Shown in pieces: positions 63,575-64,000 of a stretch of 64,000 nt of DNA (the stretch's first letter is position 1; every line of letters starts with the position of its first letter). The notes under the pieces were generated by a model that saw only the letters and a list, made by a program, of their open reading frames with translations, was not told the origin of the DNA and searched no databases. The translations under genes and the position numbers were made by a program. Location: assembly GCA_002633005.1 (NCBI GenBank), contig NMRA01000076.1, positions 442,800-506,799 on the forward strand, read 5' to 3'. This DNA comes from Phoronis australis (lineage: Eukaryota; Animalia; Phoronida).

Positions 63575-64000
63575 CTGCAATGAAATGTGAATGGAGGAGT
63601 GTGTCAGTTAACTTTTCGACAGAACCGTGGAACTCAATGATTTTGGAACAAAAATTTTTTTTTTTTTTTTTTGACTTTTTATGTATTTATTATCCTTTAC
63701 AAACAATTACAAAAACAAAACAAACAAATAAGTACACCATTCATTCACTCATGCACACCTCAGGAAGACCATTCTCATATCTCGTTTAAAGTAAATATCT
63801 TCTACATGAAGTTAACATGCACAACAAATTTTTCCCATTTTGCAGAGAAGCTGTCATATACAAAGTTTTTATGTGCATTTAATTTTTCAGCATTATAGTA
63901 TTCATAAGTTTTTGTAACGAACTTGAGAAAATTAGGTATATTTTTGTGACATCTCTCTTTGTAAATGTACTGTTTAGCTAGTAGAAGTAAAATGTTAAAT

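Overview
AT-rich, intron-containing animal (invertebrate) genomic DNA from a draft assembly with several N gaps; it is not prokaryotic. Most short ORFs in the track are intronic noise. Three genes can be rebuilt by hand from GT-AG exons. (1) A HOOK-family dynein adaptor on the - strand, coding exons 1-13 at 16821->3023, continuing off the left edge. (2) EEF1E1/AIMP3 (p18, 172 aa) on the + strand at 17194-30032, head-to-head with HOOK. (3) An unnamed ~640-aa mostly disordered protein on the + strand ending at 56472, with an N-terminal FAM167/LURAP-like helical motif and three SxIP/SxLP motifs. Three gap-flanked duplications (1-2349/7341-8931 plus 9503-10040, 19950-23139/23937-27562, 49473-50934/51030-52003) look like two haplotypes assembled side by side, and they expose polymorphic transposon insertions. 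The most unusual region is 30.7-40.4 kb, just downstream of EEF1E1. It holds a tandem ~1.5-kb array of internally deleted Copia elements whose LTR carries a 543-bp Gypsy-derived TRIM in full, solo-LTR and empty-site states. SINE, Harbinger and Kolobok-type fragments flank the array, and every orientable TE is on the same (-) strand, as in a uni-strand piRNA-cluster-like trap. Non-autonomous DNA transposons with 5-, 6-, 7- and 8-bp target duplications occur throughout.
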